Shown here piece by piece: positions 1 through 11,508 of a DNA stretch of 64,000 nt. The notes under the pieces are model-generated. The model saw only the letters and a list, made by a program, of their open reading frames with translations. It had not been told where the DNA came from and searched no databases. Position numbers and translations under genes: made by a program. Location of the stretch: the NCBI GenBank assembly GCA_001643675.2, contig LSRY02000052.1:186001-250000 (forward strand). Reading direction: 5' to 3'. Every line of letters begins with the position of its first letter. Within the stretch, counting starts at the first letter, position 1. Source of the stretch: Monocercomonoides exilis PA203 (taxonomy: Eukaryota; Protista; Preaxostyla).

Positions 1-683
1 ACCATCATTAAGAAAGAATCAGCCAAAACTGCACTTGGGTCCAATCCCTTATCTACCATATCTTTTCCAATAATAAGCGCTTTTATTGCCGATATCAATT
101 TTTCTTCGATTTTGAATCCATTTTGTTCTAGAGCGTCGTAGCACCAATTTGATGTTCTTTGAATTGGGTGGATAGCCTCTGGAATAAACGGAGGTGCTGA
201 GAAATTCGAGTAAATTGTGGGATTTGAGCCTGCTTGTTCAGGAAAATGCATTTCGAATATTGAATCCTTTGTTTTATCTCCGAAAAGCGAGAAACAAATG
301 TATTTGAAGTTCGGTTGATAATTGTCTTTCTCCATCAGGTGTTCTTGCGAAGTGTCTATCGTTTGAAGAATATTCTGCTGCTGCGTCGTTTGCGGAGAAT
401 TGATTGGGTGTTGCTCAAGTGTTGTTGGACCTGGAAATATTTGGGGCTGAGAAGAGCTTGAAGATTGTTGGAAGGGTGGATGGAGCAAGTTTGTAACATT
501 GTGATCTTCACGGCTTGATGTGTTTTCAAGGCCCATTGCAATATTTTGTGTCGGAATAGTAGCGGATGATGAGGAAAATATGCTGGAGGTGGATTGCGTA
601 AATCCCACGCTGCTCGGAGGTCCGCTGATATCCTGAGATAAGGAATTCAGACTCGACTCGAGTCCAGGCTGAAGCACGCTCAT
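1..683 (-). CDS. Hypothetical protein, 5' part only (ORF runs off the window start); possibly a retroelement ORF1/gag-like protein
   Basis: ATG at 683-681 opens an uninterrupted frame (MSVLQPGLESSLNSLSQDISGPP...DPSAVLADSFLMM) down to base 1. It is intronless and GC-richer than its flank. Absent from the ORF track because no stop lies in the window. The retroelement origin is a guess. Confidence 0.55.
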   Translation of the reverse strand, partial: MSVLQPGLESSLNSLSQDISGPPSSVGFTQSTSSIFSSSSATIPTQNIAMGLENTSSREDHNVTNLLHPPFQQSSSSSQPQIFPGPTTLEQHPINSPQTTQQQNILQTIDTSQEHLMEKDNYQPNFKYICFSLFGDKTKDSIFEMHFPEQAGSNPTIYSNFSAPPFIPEAIHPIQRTSNWCYDALEQNGFKIEEKLISAIKALIIGKDMVDKGLDPSAVLADSFLMM

Positions 684-1074
684 TGTTTATTATTATTGAT
701 CGGCTGAGCCCATAAAACGGAGCTCTATCCCAAATAGAAAGAGGAGTTGTATTTTCATTAGTTCTCGAGAATTAAGAAGCTAATGCTTTTTAATTGTGAT
801 TAAAAAATAAAAACATTTATTGTTAAATTGAAATGTTATTTTATTATCGCTTCTATGTCGAACAAAAATTGATATTTTTTTTGATTGTCTGCATTTAATG
901 AATTTTCCGGTTTCTATGCATAAAAAATCACAAGTTAACAAATATTACACCAAGAAATTCATCTAAGTTAATGTTTATCAGCTTTTCAACTGCGTAATAA
1001 AGAAATGATTAATAATATTTTATTGATTCTTATCAGAATTTAACAAATTTTAACCAATCTTTCATCCCTTCTAG

Positions 1075-1140
1075 CTCTTTCTCTCTCTTTCTTTCTCTTT
1101 CTTTCTTTCTTTCTTTCTTTCTCTCTCTCTCTCTCTCTCT
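1075..1140. repeat. (CTTT)n/(CT)n microsatellite
   Basis: Directly visible pyrimidine simple repeat. Confidence 0.9.
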
Positions 1141-1611
1141 CATATTTTTTTGAAGGCCTTTTTAACATGTTCTTTCTTTTTTATCAAATTACTATTTTCT
1201 TCGTTTTGTATGTGGAATGTAAGTGTCGAGATTGAGCGGAAGGATTCTCTTTAATCGAAATTCATGCACCAAATGTATGTAAATGAAACCACTTCAACAT
1301 ATAACATCTTCAAATAACAAAATGATTCAGAATTATTTTTGAATATCTTTTCTGAAAATTCTATGTTTTGTTTCAAATCATTTTTCCTTTCTGAGGCTAA
1401 CTCGCAAAAAAGTTTCTGATCAAGATAATTAGGATTAATTTATTTAAAAAATATATTTTACATTTAACATCAAAGACACTCCGCATAATTAACGATATTC
1501 AAATTAACTACGTTCACTGCTATTTAAAAAATGTTCAAATCCATCACAATCTTGTTTTGGATGGGTTTCATATTGAAAATTATGATGTGATTTATATTAA
1601 CGAGAATTTAT

Positions 1612-2288
1612 CTACTTGCGTGCAGGTTTGTTTTGAGAAGGTTTTTTTTGTGCAGGCTTTGCTGTACGCTGTGCGTTATTTTTTGATGGAGCTGCTCCCT
1701 TCTTGCGTCTTAAATCAGTTACAGGCAAAGTGCGTACGACACCTGGAATGCGTCCCATTCCAATTTGGTGCAACATGTTCATGGTTGTCTTGTCGACTTC
1801 AATGCCTTCGGTTTTAACCTCAGATACTTCTGGGCAATAGTTATCACGTTTTTCACGTTCCTCTTCCTGCATTTTCAATGAGATGCCATGAACTGGACCC
1901 TAAAACAATAATTATTTAAAAAACAAGTAATATACAAAATGATATGGAAAAAACGAACATTTGAAGTTGTAATTTATATTTAAGATGTTCAATCAAAGAC
2001 GCATAATACATACTTTTTCAATTCTTGTCATGAGATGAGTAAGAAATCCAGCGATCTTATTACGAAGACGCTTTGATGAAATAATTGCAACTTGTTCGCA
2101 TACGCGCTTGTTAACTTGGAAATCGTTGGTAAGGCGAGGATAATATTTTTCAATGATAACGCGTGCAGCTTTCTTGACAGCCTTATTACGAACACGACCC
2201 TAAATGAAAGCAAAAGCAAAAAATAGTCCATGAGAAAAAAAGGAAATTGTGATGTGAATTGCAGCATAAGCTAGAATTTCTAAACCAT
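1612..2288 (-). CDS. RPS17: 40S ribosomal protein S17 (eS17), 3 exons: 2288-2286 (ATG only), 2199-2014, 1899-1612
   Basis: Spliced product [89 protein letters not shown] matches the eS17 consensus. Both introns are GT..AG and phase 0. Confidence 0.97.
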
Positions 2289-2577
2289 CTTCTATTAAAT
2301 GATCTAAACCCATTTTTTATCTTTCAAAGGATCTGTGATTTTTTTCGTTTTAAGAAGGTTTCAAAAAAAAATTAAATTATTATTTGAAATATTTTTCATT
2401 CGTCTGAATTGATCACACATATTTGTTATATTTGATGAAAATTTATTTTTGAATCTGCTTTTTCATTTAGAAATTAATTTTCTTAAAAAGTATTTGAATG
2501 AAAATATAACTATTTATTGAATATTTGTGATGTATTGTAATATTAGTTAAAATTGTCGTCAAAATAACACTTCCAAT

Positions 2578-2624
<47 letters not shown>

Positions 2625-3408
2625 TCACCTTCGTAATGTTATTATGAAGTGGAAAACGTAATTGAAATGACTTTGTTTTTTCTTAGTGTTAAGAAGTTTT
2701 TATTTCTTGTTTCATATGTGTGTGATAATTTTTGAATTCAAATTTTCTTTTTCTTATATTTCGGTTTGTAAACAAACTTAAATATTGATTGACGAACATT
2801 TGAAAGTTATAACTCCTTTTTATAGATTATTTTTTCATGATTATCATAAAAACGAAGGCTTTTTTAAATAATTATCATTCATTTTTTCTTTTGAATGTGG
2901 AATTTCCTCATCAAAGAAATAAATCCTTTTTTAAATCAATTCACAGAAAAAAGTTATGATTTCAAAAAAGATCATCCATGTCTAAATATTTTAAAAACTT
3001 CTTGTATTATTTTCAACTTAGAATAAAATTGAGTGTTTTTATCAAAAAAATTTTTTTCTCAAAAAATTCCACCAGAATGGAAATAAATCCTTGACAATGT
3101 TAAAATTTTTTCACTTGTGAAATTTGATGAGTTAGAATGAAAATTTGAAGATAATATTCATTTTTTATTTTCATCAGATTATTATTATTCAAAATGAACT
3201 TTACAATATATTTTGTCAAATTCAAAATCAAACACGAAAAGATTATTGACTTGTTATGATTTGTGCAAATATCTGAGTAATTATTATTGAAATCAAAACT
3301 TTTTTCGGGTTGCAGATTTTTCAAAATATGCTTGTCATTGAAAAGAGCTTTTGCATTCAAATGCATAATTTATCGCAACTGTTTAAAGATTAAGTGAATC
3401 AGCTATTA

Positions 3409-3859
3409 CAGTCTAAACCGGATATAATCACATCGGTTTTTGCACAACTTTTTGTGACTATATCCGATTGTGACTATACACGATGATGATTTACACACAA
3501 AAAAATAAAAATTTAATGATTAATAAATTAATTTTGGGTCAAATTTTTAATTTATGAAAATTCTTCATTTAAACGCATTTTTCAATAGAAAAAACAATTT
3601 TTTATGTTTGATTATGTTATTCAGACTTATTTTAACATTATTTTGAAAAAATCGATTTTTTGAAAATTTTGATCAAAAAACCGATTTTTCAATGAAAAAT
3701 CCACTCATAATGAAACAAGATGTGATTATATATTTTCATCCCTGTGATTATATGCGATGGAAAATGAATGAAAAACTGTCAAAAAATATCGGTGCATCGA
3801 AAAATGTGACAATAAACGAATGTGATTATATTCGACGTGATTATATCCGGTTTAGACTG
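3409..3859. mobile_element. MITE of Tc1/mariner-pogo type
   Basis: Perfect 23-bp TIR CAGTCTAAACCGGATATAATCAC, TA on both sides (3407-3408, 3860-3861), repeated subterminal GTGA(C/T)TATA motifs and no ORF. Confidence 0.92.
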
Positions 3860-5089
3860 TATTAATATTCAAATGTTTTTATTGAGTGTTTTCACTCTTC
3901 AGTAATAATTAATTTATGTTCAAATGAAATTCTTGAACCGAAAATTTTGAAAGAAAAAATATGATTTTAAAAATAATCACCCATCTTTTCTTGCGGATCA
4001 AATAAGAAAGTTTTTCTTTTGCAGAAGCTTCCAAAAATATATCCAAACTCAAATTATCTTTCTTTTTTTCCAATTCGACAAAATAATTTCTTGTTTCAGC
4101 AAAATAATCTCATTATTTTTTCCATAATAAAATGCTTTATTTTTCCGACAAATATTGGAACAAACAACAGTTTTTATATTCAAAAAATATAAAGACAAAA
4201 GAAAAATAAAAATGTGAATTTTTTGTTTTTGCATTATCCAAGAATAGGAGTGTAATAACAATTCATTATTTGTTTAAAAAAAAAAAATAATAATATTTTA
4301 TTGAGGAAATATTTTTTTAAAAAAATTTAAAAACTTATAATTATTTTGTTACATGCTATTGGGAACTTTTTTTCTATGTTCTTCTGTGCCTTCAGTGATT
4401 TATTATGTTGTTGAAATTTTGAGTGATTGTTTTTGAAATCATTCATTTTGTCAGGTTGTGTTTTGAAGAATAGAAATCATTCGTAAACAATAATATATTT
4501 TTGTAAATTTTTGATTCGTCTAAAAATCTCACATAACAAGTGTCAGAAGAATAACTATGACTAATATATATTATTATTATAATATCTGAATAAAAATCCG
4601 AACGAATATTTCCTTTTATTTCTTTTCATTTCCAAAATTGAAATATCCACAAATATAATTTCCACATTATATGAATTTCAATTTTATTCGTTTTATATGG
4701 GGAAAAACGTTACACTTCAAACTTAGATACATGGGAAAATGATGCACCCTAGATGAATTTTTTGTGATAAAAAAAACTAATTGTAAATGAGATTATATTG
4801 ATAGCATACGAATGAAATCACAAAATATTTTTTTTATTCTTTCAATAATGACTTTTTGCAGATATGAAAATCCAATTTCTATTAAAATATGAGTGAGTTG
4901 ATTTAATAAATGAAAAATACAAAGATTTAATAGTTTGTCCAAAAAACGCTTGATATTCTTTCTATTCCCACACATTAAAAAACATTTTTTTAAACTTTCT
5001 GCGTATTGTGTAAAATTCTTGATTGGAAATTATCGTTAAACAAGGCAAAATGTTTGAATAACGAAAATGAAAAATAATAATAATAAATT

Positions 5090-5345
5090 TGAGTGATTAT
5101 TTTTGAAATCATAACATTTTTCGGTGTGTGCATAATTATGAAAATTTTTTGAATTCAAAACAAAATTTTTGTTGAAATGTTTTATTCATTCAATTGAATC
5201 AAAAGACATTGTTTGACATGAAAGAAAAACAGAGATGATTTTTGTTTCAGTATTTCTTCTCTGTGTTCATTGACATTTATTCAAAAAAGAAATTTTATAC
5301 AGAAATATTTCTTCGAAAAAATATGATTTCAAAAATAATTGCCCA
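5090..5345 (+). mobile_element. ~255-bp MITE, family with TIR ~TGGGTGATWATTTTTGAAATCATA (copy 1)
   Basis: Imperfect terminal inverted repeats. Aligns by eye over its full length to 54038-54294 in the opposite orientation. Confidence 0.8.
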
Positions 5346-5749
5346 TTTCAAAAATATCATCATATTTTTTTCCGACTTTTTTCAATTTGAATTTTGAATA
5401 AAAAAGAAACTATAACAATTATTTATGTTTTTTTTTAAAATTTTCGAAAAAGTTTTTGTGTTTATTTAATAAGTGTTTAAATGCTCTGATTTCTTTCTGA
5501 AATTTTTTTGATTCAAATCTAATTTTTGAAAGAAAATTTTCTTCATTTAAATAATTTTTGTTCAATAATTCAAATCAAATAGTTTTATCAAAAAAAAAAA
5601 TTTCAGAACATAATCAAAAAAAGTTAATCGTATTTTCTCTCATCTTTTCTTTCCTTAAATCTTTTTAATGATAAATAATGAAAGCAAAAAATTTCCAAAT
5701 ATTTTCGATTTGAAAACACTTTTGTTATTTGAAAATAAAAACAAAGACG

Positions 5750-5780
<31 letters not shown>

Positions 5781-6424
5781 ATTTAATCCAACAAAATTCT
5801 TGCATTTATGAAAAAATCGATGATTTGTTGCAAACTATCTCTGCTTCGAATAATTTCAATTCTAAAATTCTTGTGCAAAACAAAATATTTGAATAAAAAA
5901 ATAGTCGAGGAAAATCTTTGAAAGCACTGTGTGGAACAAAATTCAAAATGCAAAAAATTTCTTCACATATGAGAAAGTCAATTCATACTTAAACTCTTGT
6001 TAAAATAGTTGATGTGATTTGCGTTAAATTAAAAAATAAATTATCACTTATTCAAAGACAGGTTTAAGAATATTATATTTTACAAAAATCAGTACCAATT
6101 AAAACCAAAGCTATCATAATAAAAATACCATGAAGTTCAGTTAATACTTGAAAATACAAAGCAGACTAATTTTAAAACATTTACAAAACAGAAAGAGTTA
6201 CTTATTTTGTTATTTATTGAACAAAGTTGTAAAGCGGATTTCATAAGCATGAAATCAACAAAATAAAAGAAAAATTATTTGAATCAAAAATTAAAAGTTA
6301 AATAAAAATAAAAACATTAAACATGAAAAATATATCACATAGAATTTTCAAATTTATCTGTACAAAAAAAGCAATAAAAGTTCTCATACAATAAAAAATT
6401 GATATCTTAGCATTTACAAAAAAA

Positions 6425-7868
6425 TTAGTTATACAAAATGTAATCAGCGAAATTTTTTGAAATTGATACATAATACACAAATGATGGAAGTACTCCTCTA
6501 AGGCTTATGATAATATCTTCGTATCCGTTTTCTTCTAACTTTTCAAATATCATTCTTTTGGCTTTTTTGAACATTGTTTCATCAAAGTCCTTTTCATTCT
6601 CTTTGATCCATAAACTTGAAAGATTCTTCAAAAAATGAATTGCTTCATATTCAGGAACATCTTTTATTGTTTTTTGACACAATATTTCCAAAACGAGATC
6701 AAATACTCCACTATTCATCAAGTGATTGACAGATCTAAATGAAGGCATTTCCAATATTTTTTCAAAGATAAAAGTATAATTCTCAAGCAACCTAATGTAG
6801 TTTTCCTTTGAAGCTCTTGACATTCTTACTAAACATACAATCAACGAAACATCTTCGTCTTCTATTGATTTTTTGAGTGAAAAATAGGTAGTAATTGCAT
6901 CAACCCATCTCGATATTATCAATATTTTTAATTTTTCAATTCCTTTTGCTTTCTTTTTTTTCCAATCCACATGACTCGAAGCATCTTCCAACTCCTTTGC
7001 TGCTTCTCTTGCAAAATGCAGTTCATAGACAATAATTTCTTTCAAGCCTTCTTCATTTCTCAATCTGTTTACCAAAAATTGCCAAGCTGATTGATATGCA
7101 AGTTTTGTCAGATTGTGATTCTCCTGATGATGTTTAATAATTTCGGTAATCTCATTCAAATAAATGTCTTTTTTTATTTCCTTAAAAAAAGAATACAATA
7201 GAAAAGAATTCAAAACAAAAAAAACAAGATATTTATACTTGAAAAGAATAAATGCTATTCACTGCGACCAATGCAATTTCCACTTCTTTTTGATCTTTCT
7301 CAGTATCTTCTTTGTTTAATGCTGCTTTTAATAAATAAGAAACACATTTTGACCGTAACTCTGCTGAAAAGAATTTAGATAGTAAAATATAACATTCACA
7401 AAGATCTATCAGTTGTTTTTCGTTCGTTCTTTCTTTATTAGAAAACTCTTTTGATAACCTATTTGTGATTTCGCTTTCTAATAATACTGTGTAATGAAGC
7501 CCAGATCCCACAGATCTCGTCTCGTCATAAAATCCAATGAGCTTTAATATTGGTACAAATAAATCAAATTGAATCAATTTTTCGTTAATAATTTTATTCA
7601 GTTCATCGATAAATCCTTTGCTAAAGATTATTCTTAACTCTCCTCCATCCATCTCCTTTAACAGGTCCAATTTGTCGTGAAATTCCTTGATAATATGCTT
7701 TTGTTCAACATCGGAACATTCTTTTACTTTACAAAACAAATCTTAACAGATGAGCAAATTCTCGAATTCGGTTAAAGAAATATTTTGAATCATCATACCT
7801 GAAAAGTTTTTCGTTAATGAGTAAGGATCTATGTGGTCACACAGCTCATCTTCTGTAAGATTTTGCAT
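6425..7868 (-). CDS. Member of a lineage-expanded helical-repeat hypothetical protein family, 3 exons (~7868-7799, 7741-~7240, ~7181-6425)
   Basis: GT..AG introns join MQNLTEDEL...KNFS/DLFCKVKEC... to the two ORF-track ORFs. The motifs KAALNKEDTEKDQKEVEIAL and IYLNEITEIIKHHQENHNLTKLAYQSAWQFL recur in a decayed paralogue at ~50 kb. Confidence 0.8.
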
Positions 7869-8115
7869 GAATAACTTGTTAGATCCTTCTTTTATTAATA
7901 GTTTAATAAATCTTGAGGTTTATTATTTGATGATTTTCAATTATGTATTTCTTTCGATCATAAACATTTGAAACGATAGAGAAGATCTGACAAGCCAATT
8001 AACATAATAAATAAAAATAGAATTATTACTTATTTTCCATTTAAAAAAATTATTTTATTATTTTTTTTCATTATGAAAAATAAAACTTTTGATATTTATA
8101 AAAATCTGTATTTAT

Positions 8116-8646
8116 TTAAAAATCAAAAAAAATTGCATCTGTTTTCAAAGGATTTTCAGAAGTTTTCATTCCAATTCCATCGGAGCTATCGGTAAAAAAC
8201 GCTCTTGGCTTTTTTGATCTTTCAAGAATGATATCAACAATATGTTTCATAAATTCAAGTATCAAAACCCCCTGAAAAAATAACAAACATGAAAATTATG
8301 AAATAAAAAATAATAGGTAAGTAATAATTAATCACCTCTTTTGTTTGAAATGATACAGGCTTTGGCTGAGAAGAAGATGGTTCAATAATTAAGATTCTAA
8401 ATTCATGAGAAGAATACCTTAAATCAAAGAGATTGCAAAAATATAATAAATAAATAAAGATATTCTCAAAACAGCTTACCCCCACGAAGATATCTTTGTC
8501 AATGGCCAAGAAGTTAATTCGCCAGTTTTTGTTTGAAGTTGGACTGAAGCCAAAGATAAAATCAAAACATTTCCATCATCTACAGAAAATTTAGCAACAG
8601 GAGTCTGTTCAGAAAAATATAAGTTTAGCAGAGCATCATCTGACAT
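8116..8646 (-). CDS. Small stand-alone PH/PTB-fold (FERM F3-like) protein, 3 exons (8646-8480, 8417-~8336, 8271-8116)
   Basis: In-frame splicing via GTAAG..AG and GTGAT..CAG gives ...TSWPLTKISSWG-YSSHEFRILIIEPSSSQPKPVSFQTKE-GVLILEFMKHIVDIILERSKK..., resembling the talin/FERM C-lobe pattern (W.L..I..W...F......QT.EG..I.......DIIL). Confidence 0.65.
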
Positions 8647-10668
8647 GATCAGCCAAAAAAACAAAAAATGAGAAAAAAGATATTAACATATGGGCTAATT
8701 GATCATGTTTTTTTGAAAAATGATATTCATATTTTCGATGATAATGAGTGTCACCCAAAAAATTTACTAGCTCTCAACTTAATAATGAATAGCGTGATAA
8801 TACAATAATTAAATGTTGTATCTTTCGTGAATAGTTGTTTATTCATTGGAATGATAATGATATAAAAAACATATTCAAACAGTTCAAGATAATAATAATC
8901 TCATATAGTTTTTAATATCGCATTTACAGTGGACATGCTGTACGAAATTCACATATTTGAAATACATTATCCATTCAATATAGTTTATGTTTATTACAAA
9001 AAAAGATTTTTTTCCAAAGCCAATAAAATACACATCAACAAACCAAAGTTTTATCAATTCTTATGCGAAGATACACTGAAATGTGTAGATGAGTATTCTT
9101 CCTCAAAAATGCAATTGTGAAAAGTGGCACGTTAACATTGAGATTATTAAACCACATTCCTCAAACATGAAAATGCCCCAACTCTTTGAACGTCATAAAC
9201 TCTGTTTCACAGATAAAAGAACAATGAAAACACATGTCCTTGAAAGATTTGCATTCAATTTGATAAGCAAAATCAGTTCGAGGATGAAGAAGATAAAGCT
9301 ATTAAGAAGAACTTTTCAATTGCTTTAAAGAAGGAAGTGGTTGTTTTAATAACAAATTTGCCAATAAATAATTGGGAAATGAATAAAAATGCTTCAAATA
9401 TTCTATTTGACCCTCCTTCAATGAAGTTTTCGGCGTTTTGTTCGAGCAAGAAACATGAAAAATTGTCTGTTGAATGCAAGATAGGAATAGGACATTTGTA
9501 AGCTCTTTTCTTCAATCGATAACACAGCAATGACTGAAAAAAAATAGTTTCAAAGAACACCATAACGGTGATATTTAAAATTAAACTTCTTTTTCCCTTT
9601 AACATAATTCTTTTCAATTATTGGTTAAAAACAAAAGCATCCTGTCTTTGTAATCCAAACAAATTCCAAGTCTTCAAAAAAATGGTTTGTGCTTTTTGAA
9701 AGAATCATTAAATCCCTTATACAACCAATAAACTCCATGTTTGTGATATCAGAAAATCTTTTTCATTCATCATGTCTCTTTCAAAGAAGAAGGAATCTCA
9801 ATAAAAGCATTCTCAAGGAGCCAGATGGAAAACAGTTTGCACTTGTTTTTGCAAAATTCTGTATTTTCTGTGGGAAAGTCGAATAAGAAATGTAACTATT
9901 CATCACTAAACGAGTAATTGAAATAGAACACAAAAAACATTGAATGTCAGCAAGGATATAAAAACAAGTACTCCAAAAATTTATGAAATCAACAGTCTTT
10001 CATAAATCTGTCATTTTTTCTTCCTTTATTCGAATTATCTTTGAAGCAAACAGAATTTATATGTTTTAGGTGGCTCTCTAACTTTAAAACAAACCATACA
10101 CTGAAATAATATGTACTGAAAATATCCTGAGTTAAGATACAAAATAATTGAAAACTTTGAACAATAGTTTACAGAGGAAATTTGTGCATAATTTGAGTTT
10201 AATTGGTCCATATCACAAAAAATAGTGTTAGTGAAGAAATGGAAATTATGAGTATTGCAAAACAAATAAGATTATTGAACAAAATTTCCAAATCACCCTC
10301 CTTGCAATAGCATTGCGTTTCCTCAAGATGGATTTTCAGCTTGGAATCATTTGATAAAATATAGAATTCTTAAGTATACATCACAATTTGTAGTCGGGAA
10401 TTAAACATATATTTTGCAACTCCTTACGATCTTATGAAGATCAATCAAAACAAAAGCAAAGAACACATTCTTTCAAATGTGCAAAACACAAAAAAAAGTA
10501 TCAAAAACTGACTATTTTTCAGAGTGATATTTCAAAAATAATTTTTCTTCTCTAATGATAAAATAACAAAAACTAGGAACCAATAATGTCATAATCAAAG
10601 GTTTTTGATCTTATCGCAGTGAAAAATTTGAAAGAAAACAGTTTCTTTCAAACAAAGATGTTTATCCT

Positions 10669-11180
10669 GGTAAATGCAGAAAATAGGGGTACCAAAGTTT
10701 TTTCATTGTTTTGTAATATTTTGCAATAAAAATGATATTCACATTTATTCGTGTGTTTCATATAAGTTACATATCAAATTAGAAAATTATGAAGGAAAAA
10801 TGAAACAAACAATTTCATATTCCAATTCATTTGAAAGGTTTTTAATATTTTGTTCCATTTAATGAATTTGATATGAAAAGGAAAAATTAAATTATTACCG
10901 TCAAATACCTAGAACCAGGACGTAATATCATGGTTTTCAATGGTGTTACATTTAAAGAAGATTTTGAAGTTGCGGATAACCGTGATGCTTCAAAATTATT
11001 TTTTTAGTTAATATTTTGGGTTTCTTTTTTTTAAAGATTTATTCATTGATACACACTAATTTTTCTCCAAACCTAAAAAATTGTAATTATTTATCTTATA
11101 AATAGTATGTGGCTTGATTATAATGCAGGATGAATGATTAGCTTTAAGATTTTTAGGTACCCCTATCTTCTGCTCTTACC
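10669..11180. mobile_element. Non-autonomous DNA transposon (MITE) with 8-bp TSD, Merlin-like termini
   Basis: Imperfect 25-bp TIR (GGTAAATGCAGAAAATAGGGGTACC vs GGTAAGAGCAGAAGATAGGGGTACC) flanked by the direct repeat TTTATCCT (10661-10668 and 11181-11188). Confidence 0.85.
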
Positions 11181-11436
11181 TTTATCCTTCGCATATGTTA
11201 AATTATAATTTTATAAAAAAATTTTTTGAACACATTCAATAAATTTCATTACAATTATGAAGATTATTCACCCAAATTCCAAACATCAAACATATTACCC
11301 TTTACAAAAGCTCATTTTCAATAAAAAAAATTATCATTGTGATTCAAATTTCAAAAACATGCACCATGAACAGTTTTCATAAAATTCAAAAAACATGTCA
11401 GTTTTCTTTCTCATTCAAAAAAAATAATCAAAAATA

Positions 11437-11508
11437 AGCGGCCTACCGGAATTGAACCGGTGACCTAGTGATCTGCAGTCACTTGCTCTACCGCTGAGCT
11501 AAAGCCGC
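11437..11508 (-). tRNA. tRNA-Cys(GCA)
   Basis: GCGGCTT TA GCTC AGCGGTA GAGC A AGTGA CTGCAGA TCACT AGGTC ACCGG TTCAATT CCGGT AGGCCGC T forms a full cloverleaf with GCA anticodon and U73 discriminator, followed by a T-run. Confidence 0.97.

Noticed and set aside
2580-2623. Long homopolymers (also ~5750-5779 and ~59626-59658) as retroposon poly(A) tails
   Set aside because: No TSD or associated element body could be identified, and homopolymer length is unreliable.
8900-10500. Short ORF fragments in slightly GC-richer DNA
   Set aside because: No consistent exon chain or recognisable motif. Possibly a decayed gene, but unsupported.
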